Sequence record: OP114734.1
Source: Escherichia phage vB_ESM-pEJ01
Direction: 5' to 3' (one strand)
DNA: 64,000 nt
Under the pieces are notes generated by a model. It was not told the DNA's origin, searched no databases, and saw only the letters and a program-made list of their open reading frames with translations. This document shows positions 29,199 to 38,459 of the stretch, piece by piece (within the stretch, counting starts at the first letter, position 1; the number at the start of each line of letters is the position of its first letter). A program made the translations under genes and the position numbers.

Positions 29199-29357
29199 TT
29201 ACTTAATGATACTTACTTTACCAGATCCGTGACAATGAGCGCAACACCCATCACCACGCAATCCTGTTCCGTTACAGTGTTTACACTTCTTCAACGGTAA
29301 AGCCATTATAGCAAATAAAGCAATAATGAATACCGAAACTAAATTCTCAATAATCAT
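29199..29357 (-). CDS. small membrane-anchored protein with DnaJ-type zinc finger (52 aa), not in ORF track
   Basis: MIIENLVSVFIIALFAIMALPLKKCKHCNGTGLRGDGCCAHCHGSGKVSIIK: one hydrophobic helix then two CxxCxGxG repeats; GAGGG SD. Confidence 0.4.
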   Translation of the reverse strand: MIIENLVSVFIIALFAIMALPLKKCKHCNGTGLRGDGCCAHCHGSGKVSIIK

Positions 29358-29616
29358 AAATCGCCCTCAGTTCTTTATAGCCTCCAATGTGCTCGTTGTC
29401 AATGAATATCTGGGGGTATACAAACCGGAGGCTCTTTGAGTTTAGCCTCCCCGCCAGTTCTTCAATCATATCACGGTCGGGAATAATGTCAACCCCGACC
29501 TGCTTGAATACTGGTTTAAGTGTATACGGAATACCCAGATCATCCAGTAGCTTCATTGCACTAATACAACCATAACAATGATAAGCCTCTTTCGGTATAC
29601 CGTATATCTCGATCAT
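29347..29616 (-). CDS. glutaredoxin/NrdH-like redoxin
   Basis: CxxC active site YHCYGC near N-terminus, 89 aa. Confidence 0.7.
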   Translation of the reverse strand: MIEIYGIPKEAYHCYGCISAMKLLDDLGIPYTLKPVFKQVGVDIIPDRDMIEELAGRLNSKSLRFVYPQIFIDNEHIGGYKELRAIYDY

Positions 29617-30089
29617 TTCTCAGCCTTTAATCTTTCTAGTTCTTCTTCCAGTTCCTTGATCCGTTGGTCGCGTTCAAAGTCACGCTGTAACTTAGTGGCG
29701 AATACTCGTTTAAACTGATTGTAATCATCGATTTTAAACACTTCTTCTTCGCCATAGCGACGCACAGAAACTTCGTAGTTATTGAAGAATTGTTGCATCA
29801 TTGCTTCGGATGATAGTTCTGCTGATACTACTTTAAAATATTGATCTTCTGTAGGCGAAAACCAATTACAAGCATAAAGATAAACCTTTTCATTGTCTGG
29901 ACACTGGTAAGCCTTACCATCGATTTCAATCACAGAAACATATTCAGGTATACTAGATGAATCAATAGCTAAGACTTTAAACGCACGGTCCCCGATAAAC
30001 TCGGAGATCACACGATTCGCATCACTGGTTGCAAATGCTTTACGCGCTTGTTCGTTTTTCCACTGATAGGTCATACCAACAACAAACAT
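29613..30089 (-). CDS. modular paralog family member (one N-terminal beta-domain plus conserved C-terminal helical module)
   Basis: VGMTYQWKNEQARKAF...FKVLAID...IEIDGKAY...WF; start set to ATG 30089 (GAGGA SD); paralogous to neighbours. Confidence 0.55.
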   Translation of the reverse strand: MFVVGMTYQWKNEQARKAFATSDANRVISEFIGDRAFKVLAIDSSSIPEYVSVIEIDGKAYQCPDNEKVYLYACNWFSPTEDQYFKVVSAELSSEAMMQQFFNNYEVSVRRYGEEEVFKIDDYNQFKRVFATKLQRDFERDQRIKELEEELERLKAEK

Positions 30090-30090
30090 A

Positions 30091-30915
30091 TTACCATCCT
30101 CGCTCTTTACCAATCAAAAATTCAACTTCACGACGTTTAATGTCTTCTTGAAGGTCTTTAATCTTCTGGCGATCTTGCATGATTTCATCCATCTTGTCAA
30201 GTGCCGCAATGAAATCATCGAAACGTTCAAAGGTTTTACCTTCATTTGCTTCGCCAAATTTAACCATTGTCAGGCCGTAACGACTACTAAACAGACGTTT
30301 CAACTGTCCAACGATTTTAGAATCAGTGGTTATAACTTCCAATTCTTCTACTTCACGAAAGAATTTTCTATCAGAATCAATAAACCAGCTAGTTCCTTTA
30401 TGGTCTCTATCTTCGGTTGCGCTCATTAGAGTATGGTCTTTACCATCAATTTCAATTACATCAATTTGCCCACATGGACTAACATTTTTAACAGTAAAAG
30501 GTCTATAATTTATTGCTCGTGCAATAACATAATTAAGGTTAGATACGTTTTCAGCATAATGGCAGAAGTCGGTCATAGCATTCGCATCTTTCCAAGTATA
30601 AGTTTTACCAACTTCCCATTTCTGGGGAACTTCTTCAACTTCACGAAAGAATTTTCTATCGAATGGACTAAAGAAATATGTTGCCGTCCAAATGTCTTTT
30701 CCTGTAGCAGTTTTCGCCGTATGATAAACACCGTCTAGCTCTATTGCATAAATCCAACCGTTACCATCGATCTCGATGATGGTAAATGGCTTGTCACCAA
30801 TAGCTGCACTAATATCGCTGTTAAGTGGAGAAAGAACACCTTCTCCGTTAGTAATAAACTCAGTTTTAGCGTTTTCGTCTTTCCAGGTGTAAGTTTTACC
30901 AATTTCCCATTTCAT
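30091..30915 (-). CDS. modular paralog family member with two tandem N-terminal domains
   Basis: MKWEIGKTYTWKDENAKTEF... and QKWEVGKTYTWKDANAMTDF..., both ending DRKFFREVEE; DNA repeat cttcacgaaagaattttctatc at 30351 and 30639. Confidence 0.6.
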   Translation of the reverse strand: MKWEIGKTYTWKDENAKTEFITNGEGVLSPLNSDISAAIGDKPFTIIEIDGNGWIYAIELDGVYHTAKTATGKDIWTATYFFSPFDRKFFREVEEVPQKWEVGKTYTWKDANAMTDFCHYAENVSNLNYVIARAINYRPFTVKNVSPCGQIDVIEIDGKDHTLMSATEDRDHKGTSWFIDSDRKFFREVEELEVITTDSKIVGQLKRLFSSRYGLTMVKFGEANEGKTFERFDDFIAALDKMDEIMQDRQKIKDLQEDIKRREVEFLIGKERGW

Positions 30916-30927
30916 AATATATTCCCC

Positions 30928-31395
30928 TTAACCGATTTTATCAAGTTCGTTTAATGCTTTCTCTGCTTCCTGTATAGCTTGCACCCTTTCCGGCATTTTG
31001 TCAAGAAAATCTTTCAACTCTTCAAAACTGGAGATATGACGCAAGGCGTTAGCACCGATAGCCGCATGTGATTTGCATTCAAAGCGGATTTTATAATTAT
31101 CCATCGCCAACTTGAGAAGATCAATTAATTTAGATTCTTCTGGAATAATAATAATTTCTTCAAATCTGCTACGGTCATGATCCAGAAACCAACAAGATAG
31201 ACCTACATCGGTTGAACTCATATAAGTTCCATCATGAAGATAAACAGATCGCACGTATCCTTTTTTCGCATCAACCGACGCAACTTTAAACGGTAATCGC
31301 AGATATTTCAAATAATCAACATCATACCATTTAAAAAATTGGTTTGCATCTTTTACATCTTTCCACGCATAGGTCTTACCAACTTCCCATTTCAT
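30928..31395 (-). CDS. modular paralog family member
   Basis: MKWEVGKTYAWKD...FKVASVD; start set to ATG 31395. Confidence 0.55.
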   Translation of the reverse strand: MKWEVGKTYAWKDVKDANQFFKWYDVDYLKYLRLPFKVASVDAKKGYVRSVYLHDGTYMSSTDVGLSCWFLDHDRSRFEEIIIIPEESKLIDLLKLAMDNYKIRFECKSHAAIGANALRHISSFEELKDFLDKMPERVQAIQEAEKALNELDKIG

Positions 31396-31399
31396 AATA

Positions 31400-31927
31400 T
31401 CATCTCTCATTTTTGATACGTGATTCTAATTGGATCATACGGTCGCGCGTTTGTTTGTATTCTCGGATAGCACCGATCCGGCTAGGCATACCATCCAGTA
31501 CGCTCTTAATACCTTCTAGGGTAGTAATTTTGGCAATGCTATTATGTAACCCCATCTTATCGATCAACTGAATGTCGTAGGCTTCCATAAGCAGACCCAG
31601 ACGTTCTAAAGTTAGGTCTTCTTCTTTTTCTTTCGATTCTGGAATCTTAGGTTCAATAGTAACTTCGGTAAAGAAACGACGCTCACCAGCCCAAAACCAC
31701 ACACCATAACAATTGATAGAAGATTCTTTTAACGTCATCGGCTCGGTATCTTCACCGATAATGGTAATTTCACTAACATCACCATCAGCATCAAGTGCTT
31801 CTACCTTAAACGAACGACCGTTCAACAGGTCAATAATCATACTGTTAATGGATGACGAAAATTTAGTCAGTTCAGCTTTTGATATTTCACACTTAATGTT
31901 GTAGATCTTACCTACTTCCCATTCCAT
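31400..31927 (-). CDS. modular paralog family member
   Basis: MEWEVGKIYNIK...FKVEALD...RRFFTEV; start set to ATG 31927 (GAGGTGA SD). Confidence 0.55.
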   Translation of the reverse strand: MEWEVGKIYNIKCEISKAELTKFSSSINSMIIDLLNGRSFKVEALDADGDVSEITIIGEDTEPMTLKESSINCYGVWFWAGERRFFTEVTIEPKIPESKEKEEDLTLERLGLLMEAYDIQLIDKMGLHNSIAKITTLEGIKSVLDGMPSRIGAIREYKQTRDRMIQLESRIKNER

Positions 31928-31937
31928 AATAATCACC

Positions 31938-32447
31938 TCAAATAATTTTCACTGGAATACTATTAACAATCTTGTATTGTACTTGATTGTCAGACCCCCG
32001 CCACGGCTTCTTCGTTGGCATATCTTTAATATAACGCCCATCGATGAACATGTCAACTGATTCTACAATTTTTCTTTGCTCATCATTCAATTGGTCAAGG
32101 GTATAACCAGACCATAGCCAAATATCTTTATTTGGCATCCATGATTTTACTTCATCGATGATCCGCTGTACACCCTTTAAATTGCGTTTATACAGTGGAT
32201 CGCCACCTAAGAATGTTAGCCCCTGAATAAAATCAGGTCTAAGCAGGTCCAGAATCAATCCCATTGTATCATCGGTGAATGGTTCCCCGTTCTTAGGATT
32301 GAGTAGGCTAGCATTAAAGCAACCATCACATGCGTGTGAACATCCGGTAACGTAAAGGGAGACTCTCACTCCCTCACCGTTAACCATATCACAATCTTTA
32401 ATATCGGCATAGCGTAGTTTGCCGTATGTATCAGAACTCATATTCAA
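31938..32447 (-). CDS. nrdG: anaerobic ribonucleotide reductase activating protein NrdG (radical SAM)
   Basis: CSHACDGC radical-SAM cysteine cluster; about 160 aa. Confidence 0.88.
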   Translation of the reverse strand: MNMSSDTYGKLRYADIKDCDMVNGEGVRVSLYVTGCSHACDGCFNASLLNPKNGEPFTDDTMGLILDLLRPDFIQGLTFLGGDPLYKRNLKGVQRIIDEVKSWMPNKDIWLWSGYTLDQLNDEQRKIVESVDMFIDGRYIKDMPTKKPWRGSDNQVQYKIVNSIPVKII

Positions 32448-32658
32448 TTACCCCGAACTCGTTTACAATCTGCGCTTTATAGTAACCACCGCGAGATGCT
32501 AATAGATAAGCTGGGCTTAGGTATTCGTATTCACGGATTTCTACTTGTGCGTTTTCAGTTTCCCAAATCAGTAAAGTCCACATATTTGATTCTCCTGTAA
32601 AGTTGTATCTCGTCTTGATGAATATAGTATAGGGGATCTCGCGATCCCCGTCAAGCAT
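32431..32658 (-). CDS. hypothetical protein (75 aa)
   Basis: ORF track. Confidence 0.4.
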   Translation of the reverse strand: MLDGDREIPYTIFIKTRYNFTGESNMWTLLIWETENAQVEIREYEYLSPAYLLASRGGYYKAQIVNEFGVIEYEF

Positions 32659-33207
32659 TTATTTTAAATTTTTTCGAATGTATTCAGACCATTCCTTCCC
32701 TGTCATTTCGGACCCGTTCTGGAAACTGAAATATTCATACGGCATCGAGTCAAGATAAAACAGGATCATACATCGCGCCATATAATACCAATCACGATTA
32801 AAGTAAACTACGTTATCACCAGTACCATCAACCCCTTTATCATAACCATCGCGGGTACGGGCGACCCATTGAATAGTATCATTTTTCTCGCGGATCGTAA
32901 CAGGTTCCCAATATCCAGCACATCCAGCATGACCACACGAACAAGTCAGGAAATATTGACCTTTTGCTTTGTTGTCATCCCATTCACGATGGATTGGTTC
33001 GATCTCGTGAAACAGTGCTAAGCAATCATGATTATGCAACACTGGCTTACCATCAATCAATGCATGGAATGTATACAAACGACCAGTAGACAAATAGCTA
33101 TCCTCACGCTCAACCAGTTCAATAGCAATCTTTTTAGCTCGTTCTTTGTGTCGTTGTGCTTTACGCTTACGGTTTAATGATTTCATATTCACCTCACACA
33201 TTATCAA
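32659..33207 (-). CDS. hypothetical protein (182 aa), Cys/His-rich
   Basis: ORF track; LTCSCGHAGCAGYW. Confidence 0.5.
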   Translation of the reverse strand: MIMCEVNMKSLNRKRKAQRHKERAKKIAIELVEREDSYLSTGRLYTFHALIDGKPVLHNHDCLALFHEIEPIHREWDDNKAKGQYFLTCSCGHAGCAGYWEPVTIREKNDTIQWVARTRDGYDKGVDGTGDNVVYFNRDWYYMARCMILFYLDSMPYEYFSFQNGSEMTGKEWSEYIRKNLK

Positions 33208-33614
33208 AGGTCGCGATATAGTACATTATGAAAATGAGAACTTGCATTACCAATATTGTAGATAATAAATTCTTCATCCGGCGCTTGCGCTACAAATTGA
33301 GTATGAGCAACCGCCACAACCTTAAAAATACGATCCGTGATCTTGTGTTTAATTTCGGCTCCTACTTCCATAGGAACATATTCATGTGTTTCTGTTTCAG
33401 TCGCAAAACAGCCATCTTCTTCATAAGCACGAACAAATCGATCGCAATCAGTACGCTTAACAAATTCAAGAGTATACAATTCTCGTGAATTGTCGGTATA
33501 GACTAATACAGAATTATTCTGATAGCGAATCACATACAGGTTATTATCATCGTCAATTACGCAAAAGCTACGGATTTGTGTTCCTTCGCCTTTACTCCAG
33601 CAGATATTAACCAC
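33204..33614 (-). CDS. hypothetical protein (136 aa)
   Basis: ORF track; overlaps 33557..33751 ORF, start uncertain. Confidence 0.45.
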   Translation of the reverse strand: MVNICWSKGEGTQIRSFCVIDDDNNLYVIRYQNNSVLVYTDNSRELYTLEFVKRTDCDRFVRAYEEDGCFATETETHEYVPMEVGAEIKHKITDRIFKVVAVAHTQFVAQAPDEEFIIYNIGNASSHFHNVLYRDL

Positions 33615-33751
33615 AGTTCCTCTAATAAAAAACTTTCCTTTAAATTAAAACTAGCCAATGTGCTAGCGTGCATTTTAACAACAACACCATCGCCAATTTC
33701 CAGTTTACGAAGTTTAACTTCTTTGCTCAGTACACAAAACATCATCATCAT
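33557..33751 (-). CDS. small hypothetical protein (64 aa)
   Basis: ATG run at 33740-33751 with GAGAGGA SD directly downstream of promoter 33781-33808; overlaps next ORF (possible frameshift or alternative start). Confidence 0.35.
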   Translation of the reverse strand: MMMMFCVLSKEVKLRKLEIGDGVVVKMHASTLASFNLKESFLLEELWLISAGVKAKEHKSVAFA

Positions 33752-33780
33752 GTTGTCCTCTCGTTGTTTTCGATGTGAGC

Positions 33781-33808
33781 ATTATACATTAGCTAATCAT
33801 GTTGTCAA
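33781..33808 (-). promoter_or_regulatory. sigma70-type early promoter (-35 TTGACA rc 33803-33808; -10 TATAAT rc 33781-33786; 16-nt spacer)
   Basis: Perfect consensus hexamers on minus strand. Confidence 0.5.
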
Positions 33809-33824
33809 CACCCCAAAACGAAAA

Positions 33825-33846
33825 AGCCGACCCTTTCGGATCGGCT
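33825..33846 (-). terminator. rho-independent terminator 3' of nrdD
   Basis: rc hairpin agccgatccgaaagggtcggct followed by UUUUCGUUUU. Confidence 0.5.
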
Positions 33847-33851
33847 GAAAT

Positions 33852-35714
33852 TTACATGTGCTTAACGCGGTTTACCATCTCGGAGTGTTTCCCGTGGTTA
33901 AATGGACGCAGATCAACAGATCCAAGATATCCACTAACGCGACGGATAACATTCATCTTTTCCAGATTGTCATTGCCGCAATCAGGACAAACAAAACCAG
34001 ACTCGGTTGCTCTCATTTCCTTAGTAGATCCGCATACATGACATACATCAGAAGGAGTATTAACACCGAAGTAGTGCAATTTATCCATTGCATAGTCTAC
34101 TACAGTTTCAAGACCTTTCAGGTTGTTTTTCATGTCTGGGAACTCAACATAAGAGATCATGCCACCGGACGCCAGCCAGTGATAATCTTTCTCAAAGTCG
34201 ATTTTCTCAAATGGAGTGACTTTCCGGTCTACGTCAAGGTGGAATGAGTTGGTGTACCAGTCTTTATCGGTAGCACCCTTAACAATACCAAATTTCTCTC
34301 TGTCCAGTCGATTAAATCGATAGCAAAGACTCTCGGCTGGCGTACCGTAAAGACTAAACCCAAGTCCGGTTTCGTCCTTCCATTTTTCAGTATAATGACG
34401 CAAGATCTTAAGAATATGTTTACCGTATCGCTGCGCATCTTCCGAATCAAACGGATGAACACCAAACAGGACGCTCAATACCTCATGTAAACCAATATAT
34501 CCAAGAGAGATACTAGCGCGACCATCTTTCAACACTTCCAAAATTTCATCGTTTTGATGAATACGGAAAAATGCACCTTCGGTATACAGTACAGGAGCAA
34601 CATTGGCTTTAGCCCCTTTTAAAGCGTCTACGCGACTCATAAGCGCATCAAAACAAATAGGCAGACGATTCGCTAGCTCTTGTTCGAATAGCTCAATTCT
34701 GCGCATTACAGACTCTTTACCAGCACGACGCGCGGCAATAAGGGCAATACGCGGAAGATTCAGAGTCACAACACCTAAGTTATTACGTCCGTCTAATACT
34801 TCTTCGCCTTTCTCATTATGCCACACACCCAGGAAGCTACGACAACCCATCGGGCTAACCGGAACACTAGATCCAGTGATGCTACGGTTATTCTTCGCAG
34901 AGATATAATCAGGGTAAAGACGCTTACTCGAACATTCCAATGCAAGTTGCTTAATGTCGTAGTTCGGATCTTCCGGTTTAAGGTTTAATCCTTCTTCTAA
35001 GAACATCACCAGCTTAGGAAACACCGGAGTTATACCGTCTTTACCTAAACCTTTAGTTCGAACTTTCAGGATCGCTTTCTGAATCAGTTTTTCTTCCCAG
35101 CTAGTACCCATACCAAAGGTTAAAGTCACAAAAGGCGTTTGACCGTTGGTGGAGAACAAAGTGTTGATTTCATATTCCAACGCTTGATACCCGTCTAAAG
35201 TTTCTTTTTCTGTCTTCTCTTGTGCATAGAGAGTATCAGCTTTGATTCCGTAGGTTTCGGCATCAGCAAGGTGTTTATGATATGTTTTCTCAACGTATGG
35301 CGCTAAAACCTGATCGATGTTTGCGATTGTGGTCCCGCCATATTGATGACTTGCCACCTGTGCGATAATTTGAGCGGTTACAGCACAAGCAACGCCGATT
35401 GATTTCGGACTTTCGATTTGTGCGCTACCCAATTTAAAACCATTCTCTAACATGTCTTTGAGATTAACAAGACAGCAGTTAGTAAACGGCATAGCGGGTG
35501 CATAATCCATATCATGATAATGAATGTCACCGTCTACATGCGCTTTATAGATGTGCTCAGGTAACACGGTTTTAGCAATCTGTTTAGACACAGCACCAGC
35601 AATCAGATCTCGACGTGTCGGGAATGTTCGCGCGTCTTTGTTCGCGTTCTCTTTGCTTACTTCGTTTTCTTTACCCGTTGCGATCTCTGTAATGTCTTTG
35701 ATTAGTTTTTCCAT
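33852..35714 (-). CDS. nrdD: anaerobic ribonucleoside-triphosphate reductase NrdD (glycyl radical enzyme), uninterrupted
   Basis: 620 aa; C-terminal glycyl-radical motif RRVSGYLGS and Zn-ribbon CHVCG...CPDCG. Confidence 0.93.
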   Translation of the reverse strand: MEKLIKDITEIATGKENEVSKENANKDARTFPTRRDLIAGAVSKQIAKTVLPEHIYKAHVDGDIHYHDMDYAPAMPFTNCCLVNLKDMLENGFKLGSAQIESPKSIGVACAVTAQIIAQVASHQYGGTTIANIDQVLAPYVEKTYHKHLADAETYGIKADTLYAQEKTEKETLDGYQALEYEINTLFSTNGQTPFVTLTFGMGTSWEEKLIQKAILKVRTKGLGKDGITPVFPKLVMFLEEGLNLKPEDPNYDIKQLALECSSKRLYPDYISAKNNRSITGSSVPVSPMGCRSFLGVWHNEKGEEVLDGRNNLGVVTLNLPRIALIAARRAGKESVMRRIELFEQELANRLPICFDALMSRVDALKGAKANVAPVLYTEGAFFRIHQNDEILEVLKDGRASISLGYIGLHEVLSVLFGVHPFDSEDAQRYGKHILKILRHYTEKWKDETGLGFSLYGTPAESLCYRFNRLDREKFGIVKGATDKDWYTNSFHLDVDRKVTPFEKIDFEKDYHWLASGGMISYVEFPDMKNNLKGLETVVDYAMDKLHYFGVNTPSDVCHVCGSTKEMRATESGFVCPDCGNDNLEKMNVIRRVSGYLGSVDLRPFNHGKHSEMVNRVKHM

Positions 35715-35758
35715 TGTATCACCTATGAAAAAGCGGGATTTCTCCCGCTCGTTGATAG

Positions 35759-36253
35759 TTATTTTACCAGTTCTGCTAATTCTTTTTCTTTAGCTTCTAG
35801 TTCAGCTTTAAGCTGTTTAATCTCTTGTCGCTTCTTATTAGCGGCTTCTTGCTTACTATTTCGGATAACCTGATCTAGATACAACTCCCAATCCTGAATA
35901 TTTTTGATAATGTAACCGTCAACATTAATTGGTCGGAGATTCAGTACAGCTTCCAGTTTAGTTGCAAAAACTTTAATTGCTGGTGTGAAGTATTCATACT
36001 CGTTATCTTCAAACCAATAACCTAGACTTGCATTCTCAATACGAAGATGAAGTTTAAGATCAAGGTCTTTATCTTCGGTGTAAAGATCTTTCACCTGACC
36101 CAGCGAACTAACAACAACTTTAAAACGAATTTTATCTACACCACCAAACACATCAGTAAGTATACCAGCAATTGAGCTATTAGCGCAAGATTGGTCGCTG
36201 AATGCGTCAAGGTTTTCTTTAGTTACAGTATACCAAACATCTTGTACCCACAT
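35759..36253 (-). CDS. hypothetical protein (164 aa), coiled-coil C-terminus
   Basis: ORF track. Confidence 0.5.
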   Translation of the reverse strand: MWVQDVWYTVTKENLDAFSDQSCANSSIAGILTDVFGGVDKIRFKVVVSSLGQVKDLYTEDKDLDLKLHLRIENASLGYWFEDNEYEYFTPAIKVFATKLEAVLNLRPINVDGYIIKNIQDWELYLDQVIRNSKQEAANKKRQEIKQLKAELEAKEKELAELVK

Positions 36254-36307
36254 AATATAATCCTCTCATTGTTAAGTGGGAGTATTATAGCATACTCCCT
36301 TCGCATG

Positions 36308-37486
36308 TCAAGCACTAACTTTTTTCTTTACTGCTTTCACCTTCTGGCGAATTGCTCGAATCTCTTCGATCTCTTTTTCAGTCTCTTTAACAATTTCTTT
36401 GCGATTCTGAATATCTGTATCTAGATTATCATCAAGTTTAGGCAGCATGTCAATCAAGAACTTTTTAAAGTCTTTCAGGTTTCGGATAACAGCACCTTCA
36501 CCCATTACCGCCACGCCTACACCATCCGGCAGATCACCAAACAGCTTAACCAGTTCAGACAGATGATCATGATCTTCTAGTGCTTCTTCCGGTTCAGATG
36601 GCAGTTCAACAAAGTTATAACGTTCATCATTGCTGATCAAGTGATACCAGCAAAGCCCGAAAGATTTCGGTGTATATTCTACACCATCAATTTCAACCGC
36701 GTCAACACTTCCATAATCATCTACTTTAGTTACCTTAAATCCTTGTCCCAGCTTTTGAACAATTTCAACAACATGACTTGATACAGTTTCAGCGGTAAAC
36801 CAATATGGCAAATTATGCTGATTTGGTTTGTAGCGTTCACCTACTTTAAATCTCTGACCATCCGCTTGCATAGAATGAAATTGTTGTTTCGTGATTTCCG
36901 CGAAGTATTCAAATTCGCTACCGTCAAACAAGCAATTCCATTGATCACAAAAACGATCTGCCTTAACAGTTTCACCTTTCGCGGTGATCATGGTAGCTGA
37001 TCCGTGCAATTCTTCTTCAACTAAAAAGCCATATTCGACAAAATCAACAAGTTTCATAGCTTCTTTGTGATCTGGATCATGCTCTCCCCAGAATCGCTTA
37101 AATTCTTGCAAACCTTCTGGGGTAAACGAATAACATTTACCTTTTTCAAAGTAAGTCGGCATTGCATCCTCTTTCTTGTTCATCGCTTCGTATGCCTCTT
37201 TTGAGATACGTTTAAAGAATTTACGCTCATCGTGCATAATCATAGTAGCCCAATAATAAACGATATCCTCAGCGGAATAAACTACATCTCCAGCTTCAAT
37301 AGTAATAACATGACCGTGGTCATCTTTTTCTAATACTTTAAAGCCCTTTTCTACGATTTCAGCAACCCGAATATGACCACGGCGCGAAGCATCGGTCAGA
37401 ATAATTGAATAGCGAGAAAAGTCTAGAAACTCATCTTTACCGCCTTCACGGAATGCATAGTAATGACCTTCAAAGAATTTAGCCAT
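36308..37486 (-). CDS. modular paralog family member with three tandem N-terminal domains
   Basis: Three repeats (...GFKVLEKDDHGHVITIE...; ...GFLVEEELHG...; ...GFKVTKVDDYGSVDAVEIDG...) plus C-terminal LSELVKLFGDLP helical module; GAGGATTATATTATG start. Confidence 0.6.
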   Translation of the reverse strand: MAKFFEGHYYAFREGGKDEFLDFSRYSIILTDASRRGHIRVAEIVEKGFKVLEKDDHGHVITIEAGDVVYSAEDIVYYWATMIMHDERKFFKRISKEAYEAMNKKEDAMPTYFEKGKCYSFTPEGLQEFKRFWGEHDPDHKEAMKLVDFVEYGFLVEEELHGSATMITAKGETVKADRFCDQWNCLFDGSEFEYFAEITKQQFHSMQADGQRFKVGERYKPNQHNLPYWFTAETVSSHVVEIVQKLGQGFKVTKVDDYGSVDAVEIDGVEYTPKSFGLCWYHLISNDERYNFVELPSEPEEALEDHDHLSELVKLFGDLPDGVGVAVMGEGAVIRNLKDFKKFLIDMLPKLDDNLDTDIQNRKEIVKETEKEIEEIRAIRQKVKAVKKKVSA

Positions 37487-37542
37487 AATATAATCCTCTC
37501 GTTGTTTAGACGGGAGTATCTTACTACTCCCGTTTCATCATG

Positions 37543-38109
37543 TCAAGCGTTAAATGACTTTTGGATCTCTTTCAGTTCAGCTACTTTATCGGCGCTGAAT
37601 TTAGCGTAGGTATCATGTCGAATAATTTCACTTTCAAGAAAGGTTTCCAGCCGAGATCTATTTTCAATAAGGAACTCTTTCAGGTCTTCTGCGTTCTTGA
37701 TAAAGATTTTATTGTCGGTAATGTCATCTTCAATCGCAAAGGAGATAGAGCGAACTTTACCAAACAAGTTAATCAAATCTTCCAGTGATTCTTCTTTCTT
37801 AACTGGTTTCATTTCTTCAAACTGCTTTTTAGTGATGCGTTTAAAGTATTTGCGCTCGCTTGCGTCAATCATGATTGACGCGCCCTCATAATCATGAGTT
37901 TCTACCAAATATACTTTACCCATAACATTAACCGTAAGAACTTTAAAGCCCTTGTGAAGCACACCATACAGGAACGTGTTATGTTGTGGATAGCGTTTAA
38001 CAAATTCCTCTGCGGACTCAGCATTACGGAAAGTGTAATAACGACCTCGTTCAAAAACAGCATCATTTGAAGACTTAGCCGGATACAATTTATACGTTTT
38101 CTGTACCAT
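37543..38109 (-). CDS. modular paralog family member
   Basis: MVQKTYKLY...GFKVLTVNVMGKVYLVE...RKYFKRI; C-terminal LEDLINLFGKV module; start at ATG 38109. Confidence 0.55.
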   Translation of the reverse strand: MVQKTYKLYPAKSSNDAVFERGRYYTFRNAESAEEFVKRYPQHNTFLYGVLHKGFKVLTVNVMGKVYLVETHDYEGASIMIDASERKYFKRITKKQFEEMKPVKKEESLEDLINLFGKVRSISFAIEDDITDNKIFIKNAEDLKEFLIENRSRLETFLESEIIRHDTYAKFSADKVAELKEIQKSFNA

Positions 38110-38123
38110 AATATAATCCTCTA

Positions 38124-38396
38124 TCATTTCACTAATTGAACAGCACGGAACAGAATGCGCTCACACGGAAGCAGCATAAATTCCCAACGCGGATCAAAGT
38201 CTTTAGCGGTGTATGTTTTCCCATCAACCGAGATTTCACTTACATAACCAACAGGTGACACTTTAAGAACAGTAAACCCATTCTTGATGACTTCGTAGGT
38301 ATCTTTCACCCCTTCGTATTCATCATCTAAGAAGTCTTTATGTGCTTGCTCAGATTTAAAAACATAGGCAACACCGGATTTAAACATCTTACGCAT
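38124..38396 (-). CDS. modular paralog family member (single N-domain, no C-terminal module)
   Basis: MRKMFKSGVAYVFKSEQAHKDF...GFTVLKVSPVGYVSEISVDGKTY; start at ATG 38396 with AGGAGAATC SD. Confidence 0.5.
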   Translation of the reverse strand: MRKMFKSGVAYVFKSEQAHKDFLDDEYEGVKDTYEVIKNGFTVLKVSPVGYVSEISVDGKTYTAKDFDPRWEFMLLPCERILFRAVQLVK

Positions 38397-38427
38397 TGTT
38401 GATTCTCCTTCTTGATTAGATGGGAGT

Positions 38428-38456
38428 ATTTTACTACTCCCATTTCTTATTGTCAA
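38428..38456 (-). promoter_or_regulatory. sigma70-type early promoter (-35 TTGACA rc 38451-38456; -10 TAAAAT; inverted repeat gggagta/tactccc)
   Basis: 17-nt spacer; IR 38422-38441 overlaps -10. Confidence 0.45.
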
Positions 38457-38459
38457 CTA

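Noticed and set aside
33852-35714. Group I intron in nrdD as in T4
   Set aside because: NrdD reads as a single uninterrupted 620-aa ORF including the C-terminal glycyl-radical domain
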